DNA of 64,000 nt, from positions 35,838,001 to 35,902,000 of the forward strand of contig NW_024704742.1 in assembly GCF_018977255.1 (NCBI RefSeq). The letters run 5' to 3'. The translations under genes were made by a program, and so were the position numbers. Below, one piece after another: positions 38,424 through 50,777 of the stretch; positions within the stretch are counted from its first letter, which is position 1, and the number at the start of each line of letters is the position of its first letter. This DNA comes from Callorhinchus milii (taxonomy: Eukaryota). Below the pieces are notes generated by a model. The model was not told the DNA's origin. It searched no databases and worked only from the letters and a program-made list of their open reading frames with translations.

Positions 38424-38711
38424 TTTCCCTTACTCCACACACACGCCTCTGTTTACCTAGCAGTACGTAGGAACCCAATTGTTAGTCGACTGGTGGATCA
38501 CCTTTCCACGAATAATAATCATTTAAAAAATAATAATTTAGTCACTCAGTCCACGATTGTTTGTGGGACACTGATGCGCGCAATTTGCTGCCACGTTTGG
38601 CCCACAAAATATACAGTCAATTCACTTTACAGTATATTCTGTGAAGCGCTTTGAGACATCTCGAAGATGTGATAAGGTGCTATATCAAATGCAAGGTTTA
38701 TTATTATTATA
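38424..38711 (+). mobile_element. Deu SINE, long subfamily (TCGAA loop); antisense L2 tail follows at 38720-38790
   Basis: Homologous to 8097-8432. Confidence 0.95.
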
Positions 38712-40440
38712 AGGACTTTACAACAACAACAACAAGATTACATTTGTATAACGCCTTTCACATCGGGAGGAGGTCCCAAGGCGCTGATGGCTTTATGGCT
38801 CAAACAAGACTTCTTTCAGACAGACAGGCAGACAGGTAATCAGAACAGTAACAGCCCAATTTGAGTGTGGTGTCTGGGAGTGAGGGTTGAGTGTTAGCAG
38901 CACATATATAAACTTGCTAATGATGGCACATTATAATAGGAAAATCTTAAATTGAGAAACCAAAAAGCCTATTTCCGCACGTGTCAGACATCCAGCTGAT
39001 CAAAAACAAATTAAAAACAAGAACAGTCTAAACGGAGGATGTTCAATTCAAAACCTGTTGTTGGGAGGTGGGCTAATTGAAGGACACATTTTTATTGCAT
39101 TTTCTGTACTATTCCATTTGACAATAATTGAAGAACAGAACGTGTTTGGAAAATACTCCTATGATTCCACTCTGAATCTTTAAAAGATTAAATTATTTTG
39201 TCCATATTGTCAAGAATTTGACATCAGAATGCAATGTGCAGAGTGCACTTCACTTGCACATCACATGTTTATTTAAAGCCTATTATAAAGCCTATAATAT
39301 TTTAAAGCCAATAATATAAAGCCAATAAAGTTTATTTAAAGCCTATAATAAATAATATTATTATTTTTATTATTATTATTAAAGCCTGGCAGTGTTCGTT
39401 ATGCACAGTGTCTTTTGTGGACTGGTTCCCCAATAGAGCTCGAGATTGTCATGGAAAATGAGGGGCAGCGATTTGTGGGGTAGTGAATGGTAGGGGGGTG
39501 CCAAAAAGCATAAGACATCCGCTGTTAGTGGGACAGTGCTGTGTGCAAATTGGCTGTTGCATTTGCCCATAAAATACATTCTTTGCCTGTCTGAACAGAA
39601 CATTATTATAGTCCCAGCAACTAAAGAAGCTATGTTGCTAATCTTAGAAACTTTAACCTACCTGGATATTCATTCAATTCTTTTTAAAAGCTGTTATCAT
39701 AGCATTAACTAATTTCCCTTTATCACATATATCGTTAAAAAAACAATAAAACAATTACATAAAATTTGCTAAAGTCTTAAGCACAAATTTACAAAAGTTC
39801 AAAACATTGTAAATATATTGAAAACATAGAAGGCTGGAACTCCCTGAAATACAAAACAAAGAGAATTTAGAGAATTGGTTTGCTTATTTTAAATTTTATG
39901 TTCTAATGCAAGATATCTGTTGTTTCATTTTTAGTCCGTCATTTTTATCCGTGACTACAACTCTCGTGGGCAAGAGATTTCTGGGTATATTGATTTCGCA
40001 CACAGACTCAAGACAGAAGACTTTGAAATTTACTTCAGTGGAAAGAAGAGGCTGTTGCCAAGGATAACTGACCTAAGGTATGGTTAATGAGTACTGTACC
40101 ATTTTTTACTGAGTTTTCTTCCTCCTTTATCTGCTTACATTCGCCAGCTGTGAATTCCAATTGGAAGTTATTGTTCTACATGAACAATAAACTTCCCAAT
40201 CTTCCCTAATTTGTGGTTTCATGCACCAATATTGTGGTTTAGTGGGGTTTGTTGGATTTTCTGGCAGTATTTGGATGATAAAATTCAAATCCAGGCAATA
40301 GTAAACACTCACACTGTAAGAAGCAGTCACAGTCTTGCTTCCACTTATCTCTGCAACCTCCTAACACCCTACCATCCTGCTCGCTTCCTCCACTCAATGG
40401 GCTCCGGCCTTCTTCATGTCCCCCACCTCGCTCGCCCTAC

Positions 40441-42455
40441 AACAACAAAATTACATTTATAGAGCGCCTTTCACATCGGGAGGACATCCCAAAGCGCTGA
40501 ACAGTCAGCTATCGGGGCCCGAGCATGGGGGAGGGGTGTTGTAGGGGTGAGGGAAGGCAGAGAGTTGGGAGGGAGACCAAAGGCACGGTCGAAGAGAAGG
40601 GTCTTGAGACCGGCCTTGAAGGATGCGAGGGAGGAAGCGATGTGAAGGGACTGTGGGATGGAGTTCCAGAGTGTGGGGGCAGAGAGGCTGAAAGCCCGGC
40701 CACTGATGGTAGGGCGGGTCAGGCGGGAGACATGGAGCAGACCGGAACCTGATGAGCGGAGGGAGCGGGCAGGTTGGTAAGGAGTCAGCAGGTCAGAGAG
40801 GTAGGAGGGGGCAAGGCCATGGATGGCCTTAAAGGTGAGGACGAGGATCTTGAATTCGATCCTCAGGGGGATGGGGAGCCAGTGGAGTCGGGCGAGGGTG
40901 GGAGTGATGGGGACACGGAGCCTGGTCGTAAGAGTACATGAGCTGCAGAGTTTTGGATGATCTGCAGCTTGTGAAGGGAAGAGTTGGGAAGGCCGATGAG
41001 GAGGGAGTTCCCGTAATCGAGCCTTGAGGTGACGAATGCGTGGGTGAAGGTTTCGGCAGCCTGAGGGGTGAGGCACTGGCGGAGTCTGGCAATGTTGCGG
41101 AGGTGGTGGAGAAAGAACAGTTCAGAGTCAAACAAGACACCCAGGTTCCTGACTGGCTTAGTGAGGTTGAGTGTGCAGCCGTAGAGGCTGATGCTGCCAG
41201 CGCCTGAGGTGCGGAGGCATTGGAGCGAGCCAATCAGGAGGGCCTCGGTCTTGCTGACGTTGAGTTGGAGAAAGTTGGCCCTCGTCCAGGACTTGATGTC
41301 AGACAGGCAGTCGATCAGCACCCCAGTAGTCCTGGAGTTCAGGGTGGAAGCAGAGAGATAGAGTTGGGTGTCATCTGCATACATGTGGAAATTTATCTTA
41401 TGTCTGCGGATGATGTCACCAAGGGGGAGCATGTAGAGGGTGAAGAGGAGGGGCCCGAGGACAGAGCCCTGAGGAACACCACACAAGACAGTGCGGGGGC
41501 TGGAGGAGAAACGGTTTGCTGTGACGAAGTGGAGGCGGTGTGAAAGGTAGGACCTGAACCAGTCAAGGACAGAATCTTGAAGGTTAAGGTGGGAGGAGAG
41601 GCGGTGGAGGAGGATTGAGTAGTCCACGGTGTCAAAGGCGACGGAGAGGTCGAGGAGGACGAGGAGGCAGAGGGAGCCCTGGTCACACATGGTCAGGATG
41701 TCGTTTGTGACTTTGACCAGAGCAGTTTCTGTGCTGTGGGCAGCACGGAAACCCGATTGGAGGGGTTCATGGAAGGAGTGGGAGGAGAGGAAAGAGCGAA
41801 GCTGGGAGGCAATGGCTCTCTCAAGGACCTTGGATAGGAAAGGGAGATTTGAGATGGGCCAGTAGCTAAATAGCTGTGATGGATCGAGGGAAGGTTTTTT
41901 CAAGGTGGGGGTGATAATGGCTGTTTTGAGGGGGGAAGGAACAGTGCCAGATGACATAGAGAGGTTAATGATGTCGGCGAGTAGTGGGGCAAGGAGGTGG
42001 AGCTGGGATTTAAGGAGAGGGGTGGGGATGGGGTCGAGGGACCAGGTGGTGGACTTCATGGAGGTTACCGTGTTGAAGACAGAGGAGGGGTGACAGGCTT
42101 AAAGGTGTGGAAGGAGGGATGGGTAATTGTCGGATGGATAATTGTATGGGGTGAGGGTAGGGAGTGGTTGGAAGTTGGGAGGGCAGTGGCAGCTGTGTGG
42201 ATTCCCTCGATTTTGGACTCAAGGAAGTCCAGCATTTTCTCACAGTGAGAGTCGAAGGAAAGTATCTGCGAGGCGTGTCGGGGAGGGCGGAGGAGCCGGT
42301 TAGTGGTGGAGAACAGGAGCTTGGGATTACCTTTCACCTCCAGGATTAACCTGGAATAGAAGGATGATTTGGCTGAGGCGAGAGCGGAGCGACAGTTCTT
42401 GATGGGGTCAAGCCAGATATGGCAGTGGACAGTTAGGCTGGATTTGAGCCAAGTG
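40441..42455 (-). mobile_element. Young 5'-truncated L2 LINE (about 2 kb, subfamily A)
   Basis: RT domain plus C-terminal domain, 3' hairpin and (TTG)n tail. Confidence 0.98.
40863..42059 (-). pseudogene. L2 ORF2 reverse-transcriptase remnant (frameshifted, no endonuclease domain)
   Basis: [52 protein letters not shown] and YADDTQLY motifs; frame changes near 42060 and 40900. Confidence 0.95.
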
Positions 42456-43257
42456 CCTACTATTGGTGGGCCTTCTGCTTTCTGCACCCACCCTCTGGAA
42501 CTCCATACCGTAGTCCCTCTACCTAACCCCCTCCTTCGCTTCCTTCAAGACCCATCTCAAGACCCTCCTTTTCGACCGTGCTTTCGATCACCCTGCTTCC
42601 CCCTCTGCCCTCCACCCTCCCTGATCCCGACCCCCAGCTCATGTCCAAAACTCTGACAGGCCAGTTCCTCGGAACGTCCTCCCGACGTGAAAGGTGCTAT
42701 ACAAATGTAATTTTGTTGTTATTGAAGGGAGAATATTGCTGTTCTTTAGACACCAAGCTGTCTATTACTGGGATCTCTTAACAGACCTTCACAGTAATTT
42801 ATGCGAATCGGTTCACCCTACTTGCAACTAGGTTTGATTTTGTCACTATGAGATATTAGTTTTGCTACGAAACTAAAGATAAGACTTAATCCCATTCTAA
42901 CTTTAAAATGGCATTCTTTTCTACCGATACACTTTGATATACCTTTCTAGACTGATATAAGTGTTAAAAAACATAAGCTTTTAGGAGCAGGTTGGTTTTT
43001 TTATCAGATGAGTTTTCATTTGATAAAGGAACCTATAGAATATCAACAGTTAATGTACTTTAACTCCTACAATTGGCTGAATTGCTTGGTCCTTGGGGAC
43101 CATGCGCCTGTGCCAATTCCTTTAGAATATCATGGTTCAATTAGTTTAAAAAGGACGTGTGCATATAGTCCAAAATAGTTTCCGAAACTGCAAATGCACA
43201 AAGCAACTGTACAAATACCCATATCTACTTTGTTCTATAAATTCTTTGAAGTAAAGA

Positions 43258-43368
43258 AACCCAAGTTAAACTCATTGTTAAACTCATTGTTTAAACCCAA
43301 GTTAAACTCATTGTTTAACTCAAGTTAAACTCATTGTTTAACTCAAGTTAAACTCATTGTTTAACTTG
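43258..43368. repeat. Minisatellite of a 23-bp palindromic unit, CAAGTTAAACTCATTGTTTAACT
   Basis: Three perfect units plus partial ones; each unit has an internal inverted repeat. Confidence 0.95.
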
Positions 43369-45446
43369 CACACAACATACAGTGGAAGAATGTTAGCATC
43401 ACGGGTGGATCAATGCAGTTACTGGTGCCCTGCCAACTCCACCCCACCCCGATCAAACGTCGGATGATAAATAAATAAGCAAGTTCTATGAGCCTCCGTT
43501 TCCAATGCGTTAGGTTATTTAGGACATTGGTTGAGATTACAGCAACCAGCAACCTTTCTTGTAATGGTGTTCTTTAATGAATGAAATGTAGCCTTTCATT
43601 GTGGTTTGACTATAGAATTCTGATGGCATTGAGTTCAAAGACAAAGTACATGGAAATATCTGTGCCTCATCAACATTTTTGTCATTTTGCTGAAATACAT
43701 ATACATATAAAAAAGGCAGCATCTTGACTTTGGTTTTAGACTACACTGCAAAAAATAGATTCATGCCGTCATCATTTTCTCATTTTTCAAATGTAGAATC
43801 TCTATTTAATTCCAAAGTGTGTAGTATGTTTTTTTCCATTCCACACTTTAAGTAAATGTTCAAAATTTTAAACCATTGCTTTTCATATTTTTAAAGGTTT
43901 ATGACATGAGAAAGTAAAGCAGCAAAATACAGTGGAACCATGCTCTTAACATGTTAATATCCGCTTTTAGAACAATTGAAGTTTTCAGCACGCTGACACT
44001 GTTGAAACAGCAACACTGTCAATGCTAAAAAAAAGACCAACTTTCTCGTCATCTAGTCATATAGCAGCCCTCATGCAGCGTCTCAGACCAGTGACCTGCT
44101 AACCTGGAAGTTGACCATATTTTAACTCGAGAAGCCAGCGCCTTCTGCATGTATGTATAGTGATGTCACCGTGCGAAAATACTGACTGTTAATCGTGCCC
44201 CGTTATAATTCAGTCTGGAATTTTATGGATCCGCAACTAGCACTTTATAATGGGAGTATGAAATAATGTGTTTATTCTCTAAAGGTTTCCAGTCACAATC
44301 AAGTTTTGAACAATGCTAGCCTATGAGCATATATCGATTTTTAGATTATGGGAACTGTAGATGATTCAGAAGTTCTGATTCCCCTTTAAGGTTATTGATG
44401 CATTTCTGGGGAATTTTAAAAACATTGTTGGCTTTTTGTCCTATCATAATCCAACATTTCCTAAGCCCTTCTGTTGTCATTAGTGTGGAGTTGATACCAA
44501 AAGAGCATCTTTAATAAATTAATATTAAATATTAATATTAAATTATAACTACACAGCAAAATACTTCTCCATCTATGGCTACCCCAACCATCAGGGTGTT
44601 TTAAGCTCACAGGTTGAGAAAATGTTTATGCATCTAATGATTGTTAATGAGCTAAACAGACTGGAACTAGCTAGGCATATTTGGCATATTTCCTCAGAGC
44701 TATTTCAGCCTCATCAAAATGCTGCTTAGCTCGTCCTTCCTTCAAATATATATAAAACGTGGTCCTCATTTAACTTCAATAGGGTGAGTGGACTCATTAG
44801 CATTTGAAACTAGAACCTCCCCAAGTTTTAGTCACCTGGTGTATATTTATCTTTATGAATTGGTGAATTATGTGGCAAGAATAAATAATTCAGATTCAGA
44901 GAAACATGGTAACATTTTGCTTGGGTTTGCATTTTCCACTCTGCCACTGACACAATGTGACATTCATCAGAATAGGTCAAATACTGGCTGCCGCCTATTA
45001 GGATGGAAATTTTGAATAATTTCAACTAACAACCAAGACCCAGAATAACTCATGATAAGACTATTCTCATAAAGTTTAAAGTTATACAGAAATATGGATG
45101 TTGATTTTCATTACTTATTAAAGCGCAGTGTTGAACCTCTTGATTTAGTGTCATAAATTACAAGGAGTGGTAATTTAAGATAATAGGATGCCTTGTATCA
45201 GAAAATGCAGCCAAGTTGTGAATGACTGTAACACTGTCTTAAAGCAAATACTGAATAGACCTTTCTCCCTTTGGTGCTTTAAACCTTCTATTCACTCTGT
45301 TGTCACCTTTTCCTAATTTTAGTTAAAGTATTTTAAAACTTTATCCTTTCTGGTTGCTTTTCATTGTTTTTCTGTAATGAACCAGTGAGACTTTATTTCT
45401 CTCGAAGTGGTTGTTGTTGTTGTTCCAAGGCAGTGAAACTCTTACT

Positions 45447-45760
45447 GGAGTGCTGTAGCTCAGTGGTTAGAGCACTCGCTTTGCAAGTGAGAGACCTGAG
45501 TTCAATTCCAGGCAGAGGGCGAAACCTTGGGCAAGTTTCCTTACTCCACACACCTAATAATAATCCCTCAAAACCAAAAACAATAATAAATTGGTCATTT
45601 TCAATCTACGACTTTTTGTGGGACATTGCTGTGCGCAATTGGCTGCCGCGTTCGCCCACAAATATACAGTCAATTCACTTTACAGTGTGTTCTGTGAAGC
45701 GCTTTGGGACGTCCTCCCAACGTGAAAAGCGCTATATCAAATGCAAGGATATTATTATTA
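45447..45760 (+). mobile_element. Full-length tRNA-Ala-derived Deu SINE, short subfamily (CTCCC loop); resembles SINE2-1_CM
   Basis: A box TAGCTCAGTGG (45456-45466), anticodon-like loop TTTGCAA, B box GTTCAATTCC (45500-45509), Deu core, L2-type hairpin and (ATT)n. Confidence 0.95.
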
Positions 45761-46904
45761 TGTTGTCAAAATTCATACAGTAAAACTGGGGTGAAAAGTG
45801 TGGTATATGATGTGATAATCAAAAGAAAAGAATTTGCAAATGTCTGTGACCCATTCTTAACAACAGGTTCAGAGCTGAACTCTTCACCCTGACTTCTAGA
45901 GAATGGTTTCTCCCCCAGCGGTTCAAGGGTTGAATTGGTGCCATGTCTTGTATTTAACTAAAAGACAAGTTTTGAATTTCTGAATCCTAGACACTAGAAA
46001 GGCTTTCAAAATTTCACATTTTTGCTTTTAAAAATTAGATTTAGGATACAGTTGCTGAAGTCCATGCTTCCCAAGGCCCAAATCGTGTTTTTTTTCCTAT
46101 CGGCATCAATACTGGGAAAGCATTGCTTCAGAACAAGATTAATATTGATGTGAGTCCAGTTATTATTATCACAATAACACATTTTGAGTTTTGACAGATA
46201 TCACATTCCCTCACCCCTCCCCTTCCCATCAACAAACCAGAATAGCACATGCCTGAATAACAGGAAACAATTTTTTTCAGTTTCTAGACAACAGGAAGTG
46301 AAACTTTGTAACATTGGAGCAGAATAGCTCGTTGCACATCACTGAATTTCTTACATTTAGAAAAGGGAGCAAAATAAACTGTCAAGGTCACATACAGTAT
46401 ATGGAATCTAGAGAAGCTAAACAGTGTTGTATGCAAGCAAGTAGTTGTTTGGGAGTTTATTAATTTGTAATAAATTCAAGTTGCATGATTTGCTTTTTTG
46501 TTGGAAGTGTTGGTAGGTTAGCAAGTTTTGCAAAGGTGATTCATGCATGTATATACAGAGTCTGACATATATTGGATCTATATTGGGAATGTTTTGTCTT
46601 CAGGATAAGATTAATATTGATGTGAGCTAAAAGAAAAAGTTTTTTTGCCAGTATCTCCTGCATTATCATAATAGATTACAGATCAAACTAATATTTTGTG
46701 AGCAGATGTCACAAAGCAAAGAAATACCATTGTGTTAAATCACGCAAGGTGATTTTAAAGAAGCAGCATTTTATTTGGGACAAGTATGTAGATTTGGTTT
46801 CAAGTGTTCTGAAGTCAAATATTTGATTCTTGTTAGCTGCTATGTGAGTCTTAGTCTGCCAGGTTGTGCATATGTACTTCTCTTCTTCCTCATTACCCAT
46901 TACA

Positions 46905-47986
46905 AGAGAAAACTAAGATCCATAAGCCAATCACCCCCATCCTAGCCTGGCTTCAGTGGCTTCTCAACTTCCAGAGGATCAAGTTTAAGATCTTCATTTT
47001 CAAAGCCCTCCACAGTCTTGCTCCTACCTACCTCTGCAACCTACTAACATTTTACCAAACTTCCAGCTCCCTTCGCTCGGCAGGCACTGGACTCCTCCAT
47101 GTCCCCATTATCGGTGTCGGGTCTTCAGCCTTTCTGCCCCAACCCTCTGGAACGCCATCCTGAAACCCCTTTGCTTTGTCCCCTCCCTTGTCTCCTTCAA
47201 CAACAGCAACAACAAAATTACATTTGTATAGTGCCTTTCACATCGGGAGGATGTCCCAAGGCGTTGGACAGAGAGAGTTACGTATCCGAGCTGAGCGTCG
47301 GGATGGGGGAGGGCAGGGAGATCAAAAGCATGGTCAAAGAGGAGGGTCTTGAGGTGGGTCTTGAAGGTGGCAAGGGAGGGGGTGAGACAGAGGGATTGCG
47401 GGATGGAGTTCCAGAGGGTGGGTGCAGAGTCGCGCAAGGACCGCCTGCCGATAGTGGAGCAAGCGAAGCGGGGTTGTGAAGCAGGCCGGAACCCACTGAA
47501 CGAGGGAGCGAACAGGATTGTGGGGGGTTAGGAGGTCGGAGAGGTAGGGGGAAGCAAGACTGTGGAGGGCTTTGACGGTGAGGACCAAGATCTTGAGCTG
47601 TATCCTCTGTGTGATGGGAAGTCAGTGGAGTTTGGCAAGGATGGGGTTGATAGGGTCGCGGAGCCTGGTGCAGGAGAGGACACAGGCTGTAGAGTTCTGG
47701 ATGATCTGCAGCCTGTGGAGGGAGGAGTTGGGGAGGCCGACAAGCTGTGAGTTTGCATAGTCGAGCTTCGATGTAATGAAGGCATGTATTACAAGCATGT
47801 ATTCAAGGCCTGTCTCAAGACCTTTCTCTCTGACTATGCCTTCAGTTATCCTCCCACCCCTATCACTCTTGGCCACCATCCCTCTTGATTCAACCTCCAG
47901 CTCGGGTGCAAACCCTTGACTGTTCAGTGCCTCGGGATGTCATCCCAATCTGAAAGGCGCTATATAAATGCAATTTGTTGTTGTTG
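46905..47986 (+). mobile_element. Host L2 3' fragment (46905-47200 joined to 47802-47986), interrupted by an antisense L2
   Basis: KPITPILAWLQWL...; TCTCCTTCAA|GGCCTGTCTCAAGACC is contiguous after removing the insert; TTCAA occurs on both sides. Confidence 0.9.
47201..47795 (-). mobile_element. L2 3' fragment (subfamily B)
   Basis: [31 protein letters not shown]; similar to 51241-51790. Confidence 0.95.
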
Positions 47987-48529
47987 AAAGCAGCCCCACA
48001 TTCAATACTCTGCCAGGGATCAGATATTCTCATCTACACTGATCAGCTTGTCAGTATTATACAGCAAAATGGACACGTACTTCACTATGACTGTAAATTG
48101 ATCCTCTTTCCCTTAAACTCTAGGGAAAATAAATGGACTCACTCGTAAACTACCAAACAAAATAGAGAAGCATGTAGAGTCAAGATACATGCAATGTCTT
48201 GCTTACTACTATCTTTTTTTGCATGAACTAAAAATCATAGAATAGCAAAGAGGTACATATGATTAATAATGGAGAAGCTATTGATCAATTGATCATTCAC
48301 CTTGTGATTGTTTAAAAAAGCCAAATGGTACAATTAGTTGCTGTGTTTGCCTTGAAAACACTCACTACACATGATAGCAATTCTTTTGAAGTGCTTTGAG
48401 ATGTTTTAACTTGACAGGTGCTATAAAAATGCTATAAAACTTTTTTTTCATTTGGAATTATTGTAGATTCCAACCTCCAAATTATTGTATGTTGAGGCTT
48501 TCTCTGGTGCTTTTTCACATCAAGAATCA

Positions 48530-48648
48530 TTCTGTGCGCAATTGGCTGCCGTGTTTCATCCACAAAATACACAGTCAATTCACTTTTCAGTTTATTCTGT
48601 GAAGCACTTTATTCTGTGATAAGGCACTATAAGTGCAAGGATTATTAA
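48530..48648 (+). mobile_element. Deu SINE 3' fragment
   Basis: CTGTGCGCAATTGGCTGCCGTG...CAGTCAATTCACTTT...GCAAGGATTATT. Confidence 0.85.
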
Positions 48649-49904
48649 GGTTTATCATGTTCCAGACTTCCTCCCAGGCCTGGCGTGTTAAACTCATCGT
48701 ATCCCACATCTTCTGCTAGCCCCTCAATCAAGCCTGATTTGCACTGAAATGCACTACATACAAAGAGCACAGGAGACAGGTCTCCATGTCACCATTGGAT
48801 CAATGAGGCCAGTGAAGATGACATCGTAAAATGCCTGCTTCTTTATTGGCATCCCAGTGCTTCAGATAATCTGCAAAAGACAACTGTTTTGACAAAGAAT
48901 TTAGTGAGACAAACATGCTTAAATCATTAACTTGATCCTTGAGCCCCTTATTAGATCCTCTTTCTTATTGGTTTCTCTGGGACGCTCTATAAATGTAATT
49001 TTGTTGTTGTTGTTGGGACAATTGCTTTAAATGGACTGTAAGTAGCTTATCTAGTTCCAGCACACAATTCCATGTGAAATAATCTTTAATTAATTAGCGT
49101 CCCATGCACATAGTTTATGGTTCTGCATCACCAGATCACACGAGAACCCAATGACTTACACCTATTCAGAACGTTTGTCCAGTCTGGTTCATTGCTGTTC
49201 CAGCGTACAGTCAGCCAACTCAAAAATGCCACCTCAATAGCTGGAGTACATTAACTTCAGATTTTAAAGACATAACATATAGGAAAAAATACAGTATGAC
49301 ACATGGGCCAGTCCACACTTGATCCTGAATGACTTCATCACCTTAATGCGTTTATCTGGTATTGTTTTTACCAGAGATTCACTAGTTAAAAAACAAAATA
49401 ATGCAACACCTCCAGAAAGAATAAGGAATAAATTGCAGAAATATTCCCTATTGCCCTTCTTTTTTCTCCCCAGAGAGTAAACTTTACACTGAGGTCAGAA
49501 TTAGCCACCTGGACTAACTGTACCTCCTGCAGCAGAATAATAAAGCTGTGGAGATATCCACAACAGGGCAAGTTATACATGATCCAATGGATAGATCAGT
49601 TTTAGTGGCCAAATATCTTTTCTCATACGACACTTTCTCTACACTGGAAGTGATGTTTTCCAAAGCAGTATATTAATGCCCATTTTCTTTGAAGTTTTTG
49701 CCCTGATGAAAGAATTGTAATGATTTTTTTGCCAATTTTTGTCCCTCCCTTCTTCTGCTTCTGAAAACATTGTGATTTTTATTCTGTGAGGATACAATAC
49801 TATGGGCACCAGTAGCTCCCCAGTATCTTACCAATAAGAGGACAATCCATATGTGGGCCTTGATAGTGAATGTTAACAAGCTATTTGACCATGGAGAACA
49901 TTAC

Positions 49905-50090
49905 AGTTGAACCCAATCTCACCCAATCTATCATTACCTGTAGAAGCAGTAACCCAGGCTATTTAGCTTACCTTGTGTCGTGTCCAAATGGGGTCTCAGT
50001 TGAGAACAACCAGCTCAGCACATACTTGTATTTGAACCTGCAACCTGTAGGGCTCAATACTGCAATGGATTGTGTCTTTACTCACAGGTG
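49905..50090 (-). mobile_element. AmnSINE2-like fragment
   Basis: Reverse complement GTGAGTAAAGACAC...GTATTGAGCCCTACAG...CAGGTTCAAAT...TGTGCTGAGCTGGTTG...GGGTGAGA. Confidence 0.45.
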
Positions 50091-50777
50091 ATCCGGTGAG
50101 ATGCCCAATAACTTAAAGATAGATAGGTTTCTCATTGTTTCCTACTTGGCTAAAAATTGAAATAATAAATTCAGATTTATAGTAATACACTGAGATTGTT
50201 TCACAGTTCGTAACTGGACTAAAACAGTAAAGCAGCAGTTTTTTATATAGCATCTGTTAATATCTGTCCAGCGAACCAAATGACCCCCAAATGTTCTCAT
50301 TTTCAATAAAAATAGATATAGAGCTAACAATATTTTTTTAAATAAGATTTTATGGAATGTGTTTTATGTTATTACAAGCCTTGAAACAAATATTTTATGT
50401 TTAGTCACATAATGCACACCATATTGTAGATGTGACATTTTCATATACAAAAAATTACATAGACTGTAAATAATTATGCAGCTGATGTTGAATGCACAAA
50501 TATGGAACACAGATGGTAATGTGCCATCTGTTCCACTGCTCAAAATAACAAAGAGGTGCGTTGAGGTATACTGTGTTGAAAAAAAACTTATTTTTTATTT
50601 CCTGCAAATATTTTTGGTGGGAGTTTATTCTTGATATTATTCATTTTACCTTTTACTTAAAAGGAACAATATATAAAGAATTAAATTGAAAATTGAAAGC
50701 GTTTTGTATGCAAATCTTGCATTATTCAAACAAACCGCTCTTCTGTTCCACAGAGAAGGAGCATATATAGCCATACT

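Larger units (their letters stand above)
40275..42723 (+). mobile_element. Host L2 3' fragment (40275-40440 joined to 42456-42723), interrupted by an antisense L2
   Basis: CTCGCTCGCCCTAC|TATTGGTGG is contiguous once the insert is removed; CCTAC occurs on both sides. Confidence 0.9.

Noticed and set aside
38895..38920. TAGCAGCACAT, the miR-15/16 family 5' sequence
   Set aside because: The match stops after 11 nt and there is no pre-miRNA-length hairpin
40441..42455. Possibly active L2 with an intact YADD motif
   Set aside because: 5'-truncated with no endonuclease or ORF1, with frameshifts and an internal deletion; non-autonomous
43258..43368. Palindromic direct repeats resembling a CRISPR array
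   Set aside because: No unique spacers, no cas genes, and a vertebrate context
43927..43960. TACAGTGGAACC, resembling a Tc1/Tigger terminal repeat
   Set aside because: I found no matching opposite end or transposase remnant
45447..45520. tRNA-Ala(TGC)-like sequence (also at 55770, 18540-18608 and 62170-62240)
   Set aside because: It is the SINE head: no proper acceptor stem, and it runs directly into the SINE body
49386..49580. Minus ORF containing QEVQLVQ after an acceptor-like site, reminiscent of an Ig VH N-terminus
   Set aside because: No Ig-domain Cys/Trp/YYC motifs follow and no recombination signal sequence is nearby; coincidence
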